Shown here piece by piece: positions 20,689 through 28,594 of a DNA stretch of 64,000 bases. Each line of letters opens with the position of its first letter. Within the stretch, counting starts at the first letter, position 1. The position numbers and the translations under genes are program-made. A model generated the notes under the pieces. That model was not told the DNA's origin. It was given only the letters and a program-made list of their open reading frames with translations, and searched no databases. This DNA comes from Polyangiaceae bacterium. Lineage in GTDB: Bacteria > Myxococcota_A > Polyangia > Polyangiales > Polyangiaceae. The DNA lies in contig JAYUUB010000002.1 in NCBI GenBank assembly GCA_043755175.1, positions 12,067-76,066 of the forward strand, in the 5' to 3' direction.

Positions 20689-21155
20689 GAGCGCACCTCT
20701 CGGCCGAGCAGCTTGGAAGCGATTTGTTCTGCGAGCGCGGGGCGTGCCGTATCGAGGTCGGCGCGCAACGTCGCGACCTCTTTGGCGATGTTCACGCGAC
20801 CCTCCTCGATGATTCGAGCGCTCTCGGCCTTGGCCTCTTCGAGGATCTGGGTCTCGAGCTTGTTCGTCTCGACTCGGAGCCGATCGCGCTCGACGGTCGC
20901 CGTGTGGCGCGCCTTTTCGATCTCGGTCTCGAAGCGATGGAGCAGCTGGTTCGCTTTTTCATCCATCGACCGCGCATCGGCGCGTGAGCCGTCCGTCCGT
21001 CGCTCTCGTTCCTCGAACAGCTTGAGGAGCGGATCGAAGAGGATCGGCTTCAGAAGGATGCAAAAGAGGGCGAACAGCGCGAGTTGCGCCAAGAACGACA
21101 TGTCGAAGTCGACGTTGACGTCGGCGCCCGAGGCAAAGAGGAGAGGAAGGCTCAT
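20685..21155 (-). CDS. F-type ATP synthase subunit b' (second b-type subunit)
   Basis: I chose start ATG 21155 (MSLPLLFASG...). It has one TM helix (FLAQLALFALFCILL) followed by a charged coiled coil, and sits directly upstream of atpF. Confidence 0.75.
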   Translation of the reverse strand: MSLPLLFASGADVNVDFDMSFLAQLALFALFCILLKPILFDPLLKLFEERERRTDGSRADARSMDEKANQLLHRFETEIEKARHTATVERDRLRVETNKLETQILEEAKAESARIIEEGRVNIAKEVATLRADLDTARPALAEQIASKLLGREVRS

Positions 21156-21371
21156 GAGCTCTGGTTTCCCTTGGGAAGGTCGCTCCGCGGGAATGGGTCG
21201 CGGGCCACCTAGCACCTTTTGACGCGAGCCGGAAGGGTTGCGCAGCGAGGAGGGTGCTTCGCGCGGAGGCTGTGGGGTGAACACACTTTCCAAGCAGCCC
21301 CGCTCGCAGGCGGGCACCCTGTTTTTTCGTCGGCTTGAGCAGCGCTAGCTTTCTAGCGGCTCGGGCTCGGC

Positions 21372-21767
21372 TCAACCGCGGGTCCAGTCTTCGACCCGCA
21401 ATTGGGGAAAGACCGCGAACTGGTGGGGTCTTTTCGAAACCAACACGAAGCCTTGAGAGGTGGCGATGGCCGCCATCATCACGTCGTCGGCCTCGTGATC
21501 TGCGGCCACGGTCGCGCGGAGCTTTGCGAACGACTGCGCCGCAGGGAGATCGAACGGGGCTACGCGCACGGCGGCGACCAACTGAATGACGTTCTGCATG
21601 AGTCGTGGCTGCCCGAACCGGCGCGCCGAGACGAGGAGTTGGCTCACCGAGACCACACTCGTCCACCGATCGCGGCTCGCGATCGTCGCGAGCTTTCTCA
21701 CGAACGGGCGAGACGGTGAGGCTCGAAGCACTTCGGCCAAGGTGGATGTGTCGAACAGGTAGGCCAC
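21372..21767 (-). CDS. vapC: PIN-domain toxin (VapC family)
   Basis: 131 aa with a GTG start. The N-terminal YLFDTS and the acidic residues (..AADHEADDVMMAAIA..) fit a PIN fold. It lies downstream of a small antitoxin-like ORF. Confidence 0.75.
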   Translation of the reverse strand: MAYLFDTSTLAEVLRASPSRPFVRKLATIASRDRWTSVVSVSQLLVSARRFGQPRLMQNVIQLVAAVRVAPFDLPAAQSFAKLRATVAADHEADDVMMAAIATSQGFVLVSKRPHQFAVFPQLRVEDWTRG

Positions 21768-21818
21768 GAGCGCGATTTCTGGGGAGGTCCGTTGTCTTCG
21801 GGAAAGGGCGGGCCTAGG

Positions 21819-22100
21819 TCAGCCGCGACGCCACAGCGAGGTCTTTCCGAGGTCTTGTCCCAACGAGTCGACGAACTCGTCATGCTGGCAAGTGCCTGCG
21901 AGCATGACGAGCGGGTCGCCGCCCCCTGCCGACGGATCGGGCGGATCGACCCGGTCGAGGTCGGCCATAGGGACGATCGCCGCGATGGCGTGACCCTCTC
22001 TGACGATCAACGTTCGCGAGAGCGATCGCTCCGCGGCGTCGACTGCGTCGAGGCAATACGCCGGGAGATCGGCGATGGGGATTCCGTACTTGTTGTTCAC
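21819..22100 (-). CDS. antitoxin (Phd/YefM- or VapB-like)
   Basis: 93 aa with a GTG start. The N-terminal block ...LDAVDAAERSLSRTLIVREGHAIAAIVPMADLDRV resembles Phd/YefM-type antitoxins. It ends 51 nt upstream of vapC. Confidence 0.6.
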   Translation of the reverse strand: MNNKYGIPIADLPAYCLDAVDAAERSLSRTLIVREGHAIAAIVPMADLDRVDPPDPSAGGGDPLVMLAGTCQHDEFVDSLGQDLGKTSLWRRG

Positions 22101-22173
22101 GCGGCGCTCACGATCTCAGACGCTAGTAGAAGCGGTCGCTCAATTCAAACTCTCCAGACAGCCCTTTTTCGTA

Positions 22174-22215
22174 GCGGTCTTGCCCGAGCGGTCTTGCCCG
22201 AGCGGTCTTGCCCGA
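22174..22215. repeat. perfect 14-bp direct tandem repeat x3 (GCGGTCTTGCCCGA) upstream of the antitoxin gene
   Basis: Exact units at 22174-22187, 22188-22201 and 22202-22215. The repeat lies 74-115 nt upstream of the antitoxin start on the minus strand and 26 nt downstream of the preceding gene's stop. Confidence 0.9.
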
Positions 22216-22240
22216 GTGTCGCGCCACGGGCGTCGGATGA

Positions 22241-23599
22241 TCAGATGACTGCCGCGAGCTCGAAGCGGAGGGCTGCGAGCCCAAGCTCCGGCGCTTGGTC
22301 GCTCGGGGCTCCCGCGACGGCTGCTTGGTGGTGCTCGCTGCGAAGCGCTTCGTGGGCGCGAGGGTTCTCGAACCAGTCTTCGTCGAACGCCTCGCGGAGG
22401 CGCCCCCGATCACGGATCCCTGCGAGAATCGCCAGGAACCTCGCGGGATCGTTCCACGACAGTCGCGGGACCAGGCCCACCAGGTTCGAGGGAATCGGCG
22501 CGCCCAGCGCGACGGCGCTCTCTTCTTCGGCGAGTGAGCCCGCCTTCGCCCTCGTCTCCAGCAGCACATCGGCGAGTAACACCCGGAGCGCTTCGACGCG
22601 TAGCGAGCGCGCGAGCGCGCGGCCCACCCGCTGGGCCTGATCCCGTGCCGCCGCGCGCCCGAGACCCAGCGCGACTTGTGCGAACGCAGGCTCGGCGGGG
22701 AGCATCCCGAAGAGCGTGGCGCGTGACGTCGCGAGCGGGTCGAAGGGCGATCGCGCGAACGCGAAAGCCTTGTCTTTAGGGAGATCGGCGTCGACCAGCG
22801 CTTCGCCGAAGAGCGCCAGCGCCTTGCAGAACGAGGTCGCTCCGAGAGCTTCCGGAAGCTCTGCCACGTCGAGATCGAGGCCGTGCACGAGCGTGGTTCC
22901 ACCGAAGAGATCGGCCAGCCATCGAGGTCGGAGCGCAGCGGGCCAGCCGTCGTGCGCGTCACGCCCCTGGGCATCGTGGAGCAGCTCTTCCCACGCGTTT
23001 CCATCGCGTCCGACGCCGTTCGGGAGGACGCCCTCGGTCAGCCGCAGCGTCTCGCGCGCGAGGCCTTGGATGCGAGACAGCGAGATGTTGCAGCCGGGAG
23101 GAAACTCGCTCGCCGAAGGCCAACCCAAGAGTCGGATCGCCTCGACGCGACGTTCGGCGAGAACGCGGACCGCATCCGAGGTTCGGCTCGCGGCCTCACC
23201 GAGCAGTGTCGCGAGCAGACGGCGCTTCTCGGGGCTCGAATGCTCGCGCAACATCGCGCGCATCAAATCGTGGGCCGACCACTCCGACTCGATTCGGCTC
23301 GAGCGGTGCTCGGTGGCGTGCCACGCGTCGGCCACGTCGGTCGTGTCGTCCCAGAGCACGCGAACGAGGGTGAGCGCACCCACCCATTCGCGCAGCGCTT
23401 CGACGAGCGGATCTTTCGGAAGCTCCGACAGCTCGATGAAGCCGGCTTTGCAGCTCACGTGTCTCAGGCGTGAGAGCGGGGCAGCGCCCTCGTCGAGATC
23501 GCCGCGCCGGAGCGCACGAGACGATTTCGTCACGCGCTTCGTCGCGGCGCGGACGTCGCGATCGAGGCGAAGCAGATCGATGCCGATGACGTTACCCAT
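22241..23599 (-). CDS. hypothetical 452-aa helical protein
   Basis: A long ORF with good codon character. Its ATG at 23599 overlaps the miaE stop by 8 nt (ATGGGTAA). I recognise no motifs and there is no HExxH. Confidence 0.6.
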   Translation of the reverse strand: MGNVIGIDLLRLDRDVRAATKRVTKSSRALRRGDLDEGAAPLSRLRHVSCKAGFIELSELPKDPLVEALREWVGALTLVRVLWDDTTDVADAWHATEHRSSRIESEWSAHDLMRAMLREHSSPEKRRLLATLLGEAASRTSDAVRVLAERRVEAIRLLGWPSASEFPPGCNISLSRIQGLARETLRLTEGVLPNGVGRDGNAWEELLHDAQGRDAHDGWPAALRPRWLADLFGGTTLVHGLDLDVAELPEALGATSFCKALALFGEALVDADLPKDKAFAFARSPFDPLATSRATLFGMLPAEPAFAQVALGLGRAAARDQAQRVGRALARSLRVEALRVLLADVLLETRAKAGSLAEEESAVALGAPIPSNLVGLVPRLSWNDPARFLAILAGIRDRGRLREAFDEDWFENPRAHEALRSEHHQAAVAGAPSDQAPELGLAALRFELAAVI

Positions 23600-24236
23600 G
23601 GATGGTCGCGTCGCTCTTCAGCCCTCTGACGACCTCGGCCTCGATGCGAGCGAGATCGGCGAGGCGCGCATGCACACGATCGGTATCGCCTGTCACTTGC
23701 TCGGCGAGCTCGATGAAGGTGCGATGATGCCTGGCTTCTGCGGCGAACAGCTCGTCGTAGAAATCGGCGAGTCGAAGGTAATCGTCTCGCTTGGCCACGT
23801 CGGACGACGAGGTCGCATCGTCACGTAGCGCCGCTGCGAGGAGCTTGAATCGCTCGCACGACCGCGCCTCGATGAGTGATCCGACGAGCAGCCGGTCACT
23901 GATGGCACCGGTCGCCGACTTGTCGCGTCCGGTGGCGTGGGCCCGGCGGCGAAGCTCGGCGACGTAAAAATCTTCGCTCGGCGGTTCGAGCTTGAGGCCG
24001 CGTCGCTCGATCTCGTCGAGCACGCATCTGAAATGCCGAATCTCTTCTTCTGCGAGATCGACGAGACCACGGACGACCGCGGGATGATCGAGGCAGCGCG
24101 CCGAGAGCGCGATCGCATTCGAAGCGGCCTTCATCTCGCAATGAGCGTGATCGACCAGGATGCGGGTTAACCCGTCGAGAGCGCGGCGAGCCCATGCGGG
24201 GTGGGTAGAGCAAGCAAGTCCGAGCATCGTCGACAC
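23592..24236 (-). CDS. miaE: tRNA-(ms2io6A)-hydroxylase MiaE (ferritin-like diiron)
   Basis: 214 aa with DHAHCEMKAA, EEEIRHF, IEARSCERF and FAAEARHH, which are the diiron ligand motifs of MiaE. Confidence 0.85.
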   Translation of the reverse strand: MSTMLGLACSTHPAWARRALDGLTRILVDHAHCEMKAASNAIALSARCLDHPAVVRGLVDLAEEEIRHFRCVLDEIERRGLKLEPPSEDFYVAELRRRAHATGRDKSATGAISDRLLVGSLIEARSCERFKLLAAALRDDATSSSDVAKRDDYLRLADFYDELFAAEARHHRTFIELAEQVTGDTDRVHARLADLARIEAEVVRGLKSDATIHG

Positions 24237-24336
24237 CCTAGCAGGCTGTTGAAGAAGTCTCGGCGAAGGATTTTCGAGATGCGGTGGGTTTTAGCGCCAG
24301 CGGGACGACTTTCGAGGGGCGAGCCGACGGCAGCGC

Positions 24337-25344
24337 TCAGAACTGTTCGGCGGTCTTGGTGAGCCCGCTCGATTCGAGGAAGTACGCCACACTGAAGAAG
24401 ATCATCGTCGCGTTCGGTCCGACCAGCGTGCGCCTGACGCTCGCCTCGATCGAGAACTCACGGGACGTGTAGCCGACGCCACCGGAGAGGGCGTGCGATT
24501 TTGCACCTTGATCGAACCTGTAACCCAGTCGCAACGGTATGTGATCAATGAGTAGGTACTCTCCCCCTGCCATCACGCGCGCGGTCGGGTTCTTGTACGA
24601 GTTGAGATCGGCGACGCCGTCTGCCTCGATGGTGAAGTCTTTGGTGGCCACTGCCACCCCGCCACCGATCTTGGTCGAGAGGTAGCTGTTGCTCGGGAAG
24701 GTGAGGTTCTGTCCCGAGAGTCCGATGTAGACGATGTCTCCGGCCTTGACGGTGAGACCGGCGTCGAAAGTCGGAATGTTCACGAGCGCGAACCGACCAC
24801 CGGAAGGGTCTCTGAGGCCGCCCGATACCTTGCTCTTGCCGAGCGGACCGTCACCGTTCTCGGTGAGCTTGAGGTATCGTCCTCCGAGACCGATGAAGAA
24901 ATTCTCACCAATCGGCAGGGCGAGCGCGAGGCGGACGTCGAGCCACGATCGATCGGGACCTTTGGGATCGAGGAAGCCACCGGAGACCGCGACGCCGCCG
25001 GCCACTTTGCTCGTCGTCGAGTCGACGATCGCGCCGCCGTAGACCTGTCGGCCGTACTCGGGGGTCAACTGACCCATCGCCTCGATGTGGTAAACGCGAG
25101 TCAGCGCCAGGTTGGCCGGGTTGAGAAACGGCGCGGTGGTCCCGTTTCCAGCAGCCCGAAGCGCCCCGCCCATGGCCGAGCTTCGGGTCGTCTCGACCTC
25201 TCCGTAGTTGTACCCGAAGCTCGAGGGAGCGTCTGCGGAGGCAATGGTGCTCTGGGCGCTCGCCGTCCCAGACCAAGCTGCCATCGCAATGAGCCCCGCC
25301 CCTCCACCGAGGATGCAGCGCGACAGAAGCTTCGAGCGACTCAT
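24337..25344 (-). CDS. putative outer-membrane beta-barrel protein
   Basis: Signal peptide (...LIAMAAWSGTASAQS), alternating beta-strand-like pattern, Gly/Tyr-rich composition and a C-terminal Phe (..KTAEQF). Confidence 0.6.
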   Translation of the reverse strand: MSRSKLLSRCILGGGAGLIAMAAWSGTASAQSTIASADAPSSFGYNYGEVETTRSSAMGGALRAAGNGTTAPFLNPANLALTRVYHIEAMGQLTPEYGRQVYGGAIVDSTTSKVAGGVAVSGGFLDPKGPDRSWLDVRLALALPIGENFFIGLGGRYLKLTENGDGPLGKSKVSGGLRDPSGGRFALVNIPTFDAGLTVKAGDIVYIGLSGQNLTFPSNSYLSTKIGGGVAVATKDFTIEADGVADLNSYKNPTARVMAGGEYLLIDHIPLRLGYRFDQGAKSHALSGGVGYTSREFSIEASVRRTLVGPNATMIFFSVAYFLESSGLTKTAEQF

Positions 25345-26013
25345 GGCGGGTGCCCTACCGGACCGCCCGGGACTGGGCCAACTTTAACAAAACCCCCGAG
25401 CGGACCTTTCGACCGCGGCCTCCAAAACCGAGGCAGAATTCCTCAGATTTTTCTCGAAATGTTCGATGTGCCCGATATGGCACAGAATTTTTACTATTGA
25501 CCTGGTCGACGGTCGTGACTCTCCGCGCCTCCGCCGGTGCCCCTCGACTGCCGCTGTATCTGTGCTGCAAAGGTCGCTGATGACCGGTTTGGCCGGCGTC
25601 GCCGCCCGCTCGGAAGCGAGGCAGCGCCCGGAAAGAGCTGGCAAGAAAAACTGGTTATGGTTTCGGGCGCTTGAATCGTATTGGCAAGTTCCCCATGGAC
25701 TCCCGTCGGGGGGCGGTGGTACCTCAAAAAGGTGTCGCCGAAGTCCTTTTGGGCAGAGCGGCACGGGGGGCTGGCGCCAGGAAAGCCAGCGACCGCGACG
25801 AAACAGTTGAGCATCGGCTCACCCGTTCTCTGAAGCGATCGAGCGCGTGTGCTCACGTGTCTTTCAGTCGGTAGTGGGCTGTCTCTCAGAGAGCGCCCTT
25901 TTAGAAAACACCTTTCAGAGAATCTCTTTCAAAAACCCTTCAGAAAGCCTCCTCCAGAGAGCCGGAGAAGGCACCGAAGGCCGTTGGTAAGCCTGTCCCA
26001 GGAGCTTGAGCTC

Positions 26014-26112
26014 CTGGAAGAAGCTGCCAACGCTAAATGAAGCTGCAGGGCTGGAAGAAGCTGCAGGGCTGGAAGAAGCTGCAACGCTGAAAGAAGCACT
26101 CTGGAGAAGCTT
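26014..26112. repeat. 18-bp-period tandem array (about 5 units, core GAAGAAGCTGCANNGCTG)
   Basis: The best units are 26054-26071 and 26072-26089. Degenerate units flank them at 26018-26035, 26036-26053 and 26090-26107. Confidence 0.8.
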
Positions 26113-26254
26113 TCCAGAACAGGTTGTTCATAAGTCGTTCAGCAGCGCCTGTTCAGCTCGTCTGTTAGCGGTGCCCTCGACACGTTGTCGTGCTCCTTCC
26201 CAAAGGTTCGGGCAGGTTACGCCGCAATTCGATTCGTGCATTATCCCGTAATAG

Positions 26255-26317
26255 GTTCAGCGACCTTCACGTTTAGTGACTTCGCGTTCAGTGACCTTCG
26301 CGTTCAGGAACCTTTGA
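26255..26317. repeat. 16-bp tandem array x4 (GTTCAGTGACCTTCGC-like)
   Basis: Units are gttcagcgaccttcac, gtttagtgacttcgc, gttcagtgaccttcgc and gttcaggaacctttga. Further isolated GTTCAGC motifs occur at about 26136 and 26150. Confidence 0.8.
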
Positions 26318-26490
26318 AGCGCGCTTTTCCTTTGATCGACCGTCTCGTCGCTGCAGTGAAATTTCGCTGCAAGTGGCAGGGCGGTTTCTTTTTCCGGACT
26401 TCTTTTCTCGGACTTGGATACTCCCCTCCCGACGGCCGACCTCGGCGAGTTTCCCCAATAGGAAACAGACCAGTTTTCTCGCGAGGCCTC

Positions 26491-26503
26491 TGTGGAAAAC
26501 CTG
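26491..26503. promoter_or_regulatory. DnaA-box-like element (TGTGGAAAA, complement TTTTCCACA) within the 13-mer TGTGGAAAACCTG
   Basis: It differs by one base from the TTATCCACA consensus and is identical over 13 nt to the copy at 26725. Confidence 0.55.
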
Positions 26504-26724
26504 TTCATGGGACCGAGAGCGTCTGACCTGAAAGCGCCTTGCAGGAGAGAAATGAGGCGGGTAATGGTTCTGGAGACAACACGGTCTGCCCATGGCATGA
26601 AAGGCCTAAGCTCTCGAAAAAGCTGGAGAAGACTCGACTGGAAAGGAGCGGTGTCGCTTCTTTCGGAATCGTCGGCCGCGCTCCGTACGCCGATTCGCTT
26701 CTAGCGGGCTCTGTCAGCCAGGGT

Positions 26725-26737
26725 TGTGGAAAACCTG
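26725..26737. promoter_or_regulatory. DnaA-box-like element, second copy of TGTGGAAAACCTG
   Basis: An exact 13-nt repeat of 26491-26503, about 185 nt upstream of the dnaA ATG. Confidence 0.55.
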
Positions 26738-26919
26738 GGGGATTCGGTTTTCGCGAGAGCCGGCTTCTCAAATCAGTCCGCGACCAGGACTCGGTTCTCC
26801 GAGGCTCGGTCGCAGTAGCACGACGTCCGCGTCGATGAGTGGTGAGCCCGCTCTCTTTGCCGGTTCGTTCGTTCGATTGTCGCAGTTCTTTTGGTGCACC
26901 GAGGTTGACCGAGTCCCCC

Positions 26920-28437
26920 ATGACGGTTCGACGAGATCCCGCCCCCGACGCGTTCCTGCTCGCCATCGAGCACACGCGTTCGCTATCGCCTGCCACGTTC
27001 GACCAATGGTTCGCGAGTGTCGCGTTCGACGACCTGACCGACGGCGTACTCACGCTTCGGGTGCAGAACGAGTTCGTCCAAGAGTGGGTGCGTGACAACT
27101 TTCTCCCGACGCTCGCGGGCAAGCTCCGAGAAATCACGGGTCACTCGATACAGATCGCCTGGGTTCTCGATTCGAAGCTCGAGCACCCGATCGCGGTGGG
27201 CGATGCATCGGCGCCGATTCGTCCGCGCGCGCTCGTCAGCCGCCAGCAGGTCGCCATGCCTCCTCCGATGCAGGCCGCGCTCGCGTCGCACGCGTACGGC
27301 TCATCGCCGTCGCTTCCCGGAAACGGCCACGGCGCGTGGTCTGACGACGCCGCCCCGCCCAGCTCGCGCAACCGCGCCGCAGCGCTCCCTGTCGGTGTCG
27401 GACCCATCACCCTCGAAGATCTCAACCCGAAGCAGACCTTCGCAAACTTTGTCGTGGGTCCATCGAATCAGCTCGCCCATGCCGCCGCCATCGCGGCCGC
27501 GGGTGGCGGCGGACGCCGCTACAACCCGCTCTTCATCTGCGGCGGCACGGGTCTCGGCAAGACCCACCTCATGCACGCGATCGCTCACCGGATGCGGAGC
27601 GAACGGCTGACCGCGCGCATCCTCTACATTTCGGCAGAGCGCTTCACGAACGAGTTCATCACGGCGATTCAACATCACAAGATGGATGAGTTCCGAACGC
27701 GGTACCGATCGGCTTGCGACCTTCTCCTCGTCGACGACATCCAGTTTCTCGCAGGTCGCGAGCAGACGCAGGAAGAGTTCTTCCACACGTTCAACGCCCT
27801 GCATGGGCAAGACAAACAAATCGTCGTCACGAGCGACAAGTATCCACAGAACCTCGAGCGAATGGAGGAGCGCCTCGTCTCTCGATTCTCGTGGGGCCTC
27901 GTCGCAGACATTCAGGTTCCCGAGCTCGAGACCCGGGTCGCGATCGTTCGCAACAAGGCCGCCATCGAGGGCATCTCGCTAGAAGACGATGTCGCGTTGT
28001 TCCTCGCCCAGATGATCCGTTCCAACGTGCGTGAGCTCGAAGGGACGCTCATCCGTCTCGCGGCGAAGTCGTCGCTCACCGGGCGCGCCGTCGACATGGC
28101 GTTCGCCAAGAGCGAGCTGGCGGCCACGAGCTCGGCGCGGCCCCAGATGATGAGCGTCGAAGACATCCAGCGCGCCGTCTGTCATCACTTCCACCTCCGC
28201 TCGAGCGAGCTCGTCTCGAAAGACCGACACAAGAGCGTTGCCTTCGCGCGGCACGTCGCGATGTATCTCTGCAAGCAGCGTCTGAAGTGCAGCTTTCCGG
28301 AGCTGGGTCGCGCTTTCGGAAACCGCGACCACACGACGGTCATGAGCGCGGTGCGAAAGATCGAAGCGCAACGCGACACCGATCCCGAGGTGAGAGCTCA
28401 TCTCGAAGCGCTCGAGCGAAAGCTCGCCGACGGCTGA
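26920..28437 (+). CDS. dnaA: chromosomal replication initiator DnaA
   Basis: N-terminal domain I (FDQWFASVAFDDLTDGVLTLRVQNEFVQEWVRDNF), AAA+ motifs (NPLFICGGTGLGKTHL, LLVDDIQFL) and the C-terminal DNA-binding helix (VAFARHVAMYLCK...LGRAFGNRDHTTVMSA). ATG 26920 is preferred over track start 26839. Confidence 0.97.
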   Translation: MTVRRDPAPDAFLLAIEHTRSLSPATFDQWFASVAFDDLTDGVLTLRVQNEFVQEWVRDNFLPTLAGKLREITGHSIQIAWVLDSKLEHPIAVGDASAPIRPRALVSRQQVAMPPPMQAALASHAYGSSPSLPGNGHGAWSDDAAPPSSRNRAAALPVGVGPITLEDLNPKQTFANFVVGPSNQLAHAAAIAAAGGGGRRYNPLFICGGTGLGKTHLMHAIAHRMRSERLTARILYISAERFTNEFITAIQHHKMDEFRTRYRSACDLLLVDDIQFLAGREQTQEEFFHTFNALHGQDKQIVVTSDKYPQNLERMEERLVSRFSWGLVADIQVPELETRVAIVRNKAAIEGISLEDDVALFLAQMIRSNVRELEGTLIRLAAKSSLTGRAVDMAFAKSELAATSSARPQMMSVEDIQRAVCHHFHLRSSELVSKDRHKSVAFARHVAMYLCKQRLKCSFPELGRAFGNRDHTTVMSAVRKIEAQRDTDPEVRAHLEALERKLADG

Positions 28438-28594
28438 GCCGGCTCGGAGCGCGTTCGGGCGCGAGCGCCTTGATGGGGAGCAGTCCGGTCAGAGCTCGCA
28501 GGAGCCAGGGCGGGCCGGAGCTCGGACCCGCCCCGCGCGACGTCCCCTCCTCGAGCTGGGCACGCGGAGGGGCTTCCGGCTCACGCGCTTCCGA

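Larger units (their letters stand above)
25345..26919. other. about 1.6-kb non-coding, lower-G+C region upstream of dnaA (candidate oriC / dnaA control region)
   Basis: No credible ORF; every track ORF here is short and of poor composition. Line 25861-25920 is 30/60 G+C by my count, against 45/60 for 27301-27360 inside dnaA. The region contains DnaA-box-like 13-mers, two tandem-repeat arrays, small palindromes and an AT-rich stretch at 25445-25500. Confidence 0.5.

Noticed and set aside
22241-23599. Calling the 452-aa protein an M3-like metallopeptidase
   Set aside because: The only support is a vague C-terminal resemblance (DEDWFENPRA). There is no HExxH or other zinc motif, so I kept it as hypothetical.
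26014-26317. Possible CRISPR array, given the tandem repeats in a non-coding region
   Set aside because: The units are 16-18 bp and directly abutting, with no spacers of 25-40 bp. No cas genes are in the window.
25345-26919. Structured RNA gene (tRNA, tmRNA, RNase P RNA, SRP RNA) hidden in the long non-coding region
   Set aside because: I found no T-loop (GGTTCGAATCC-like), no tmRNA 5'/3' ends, no GAGGAAAGTCCGG RNase P core and no SRP motif. A novel sRNA cannot be excluded by eye.
28508-28533. Hairpin GGGCGGG...CCCGCCC between convergent dnaA and the CBS-type gene as a terminator
   Set aside because: The stem is only 7 bp with a poorly paired interior and no U-tract, so it is too weak to call.
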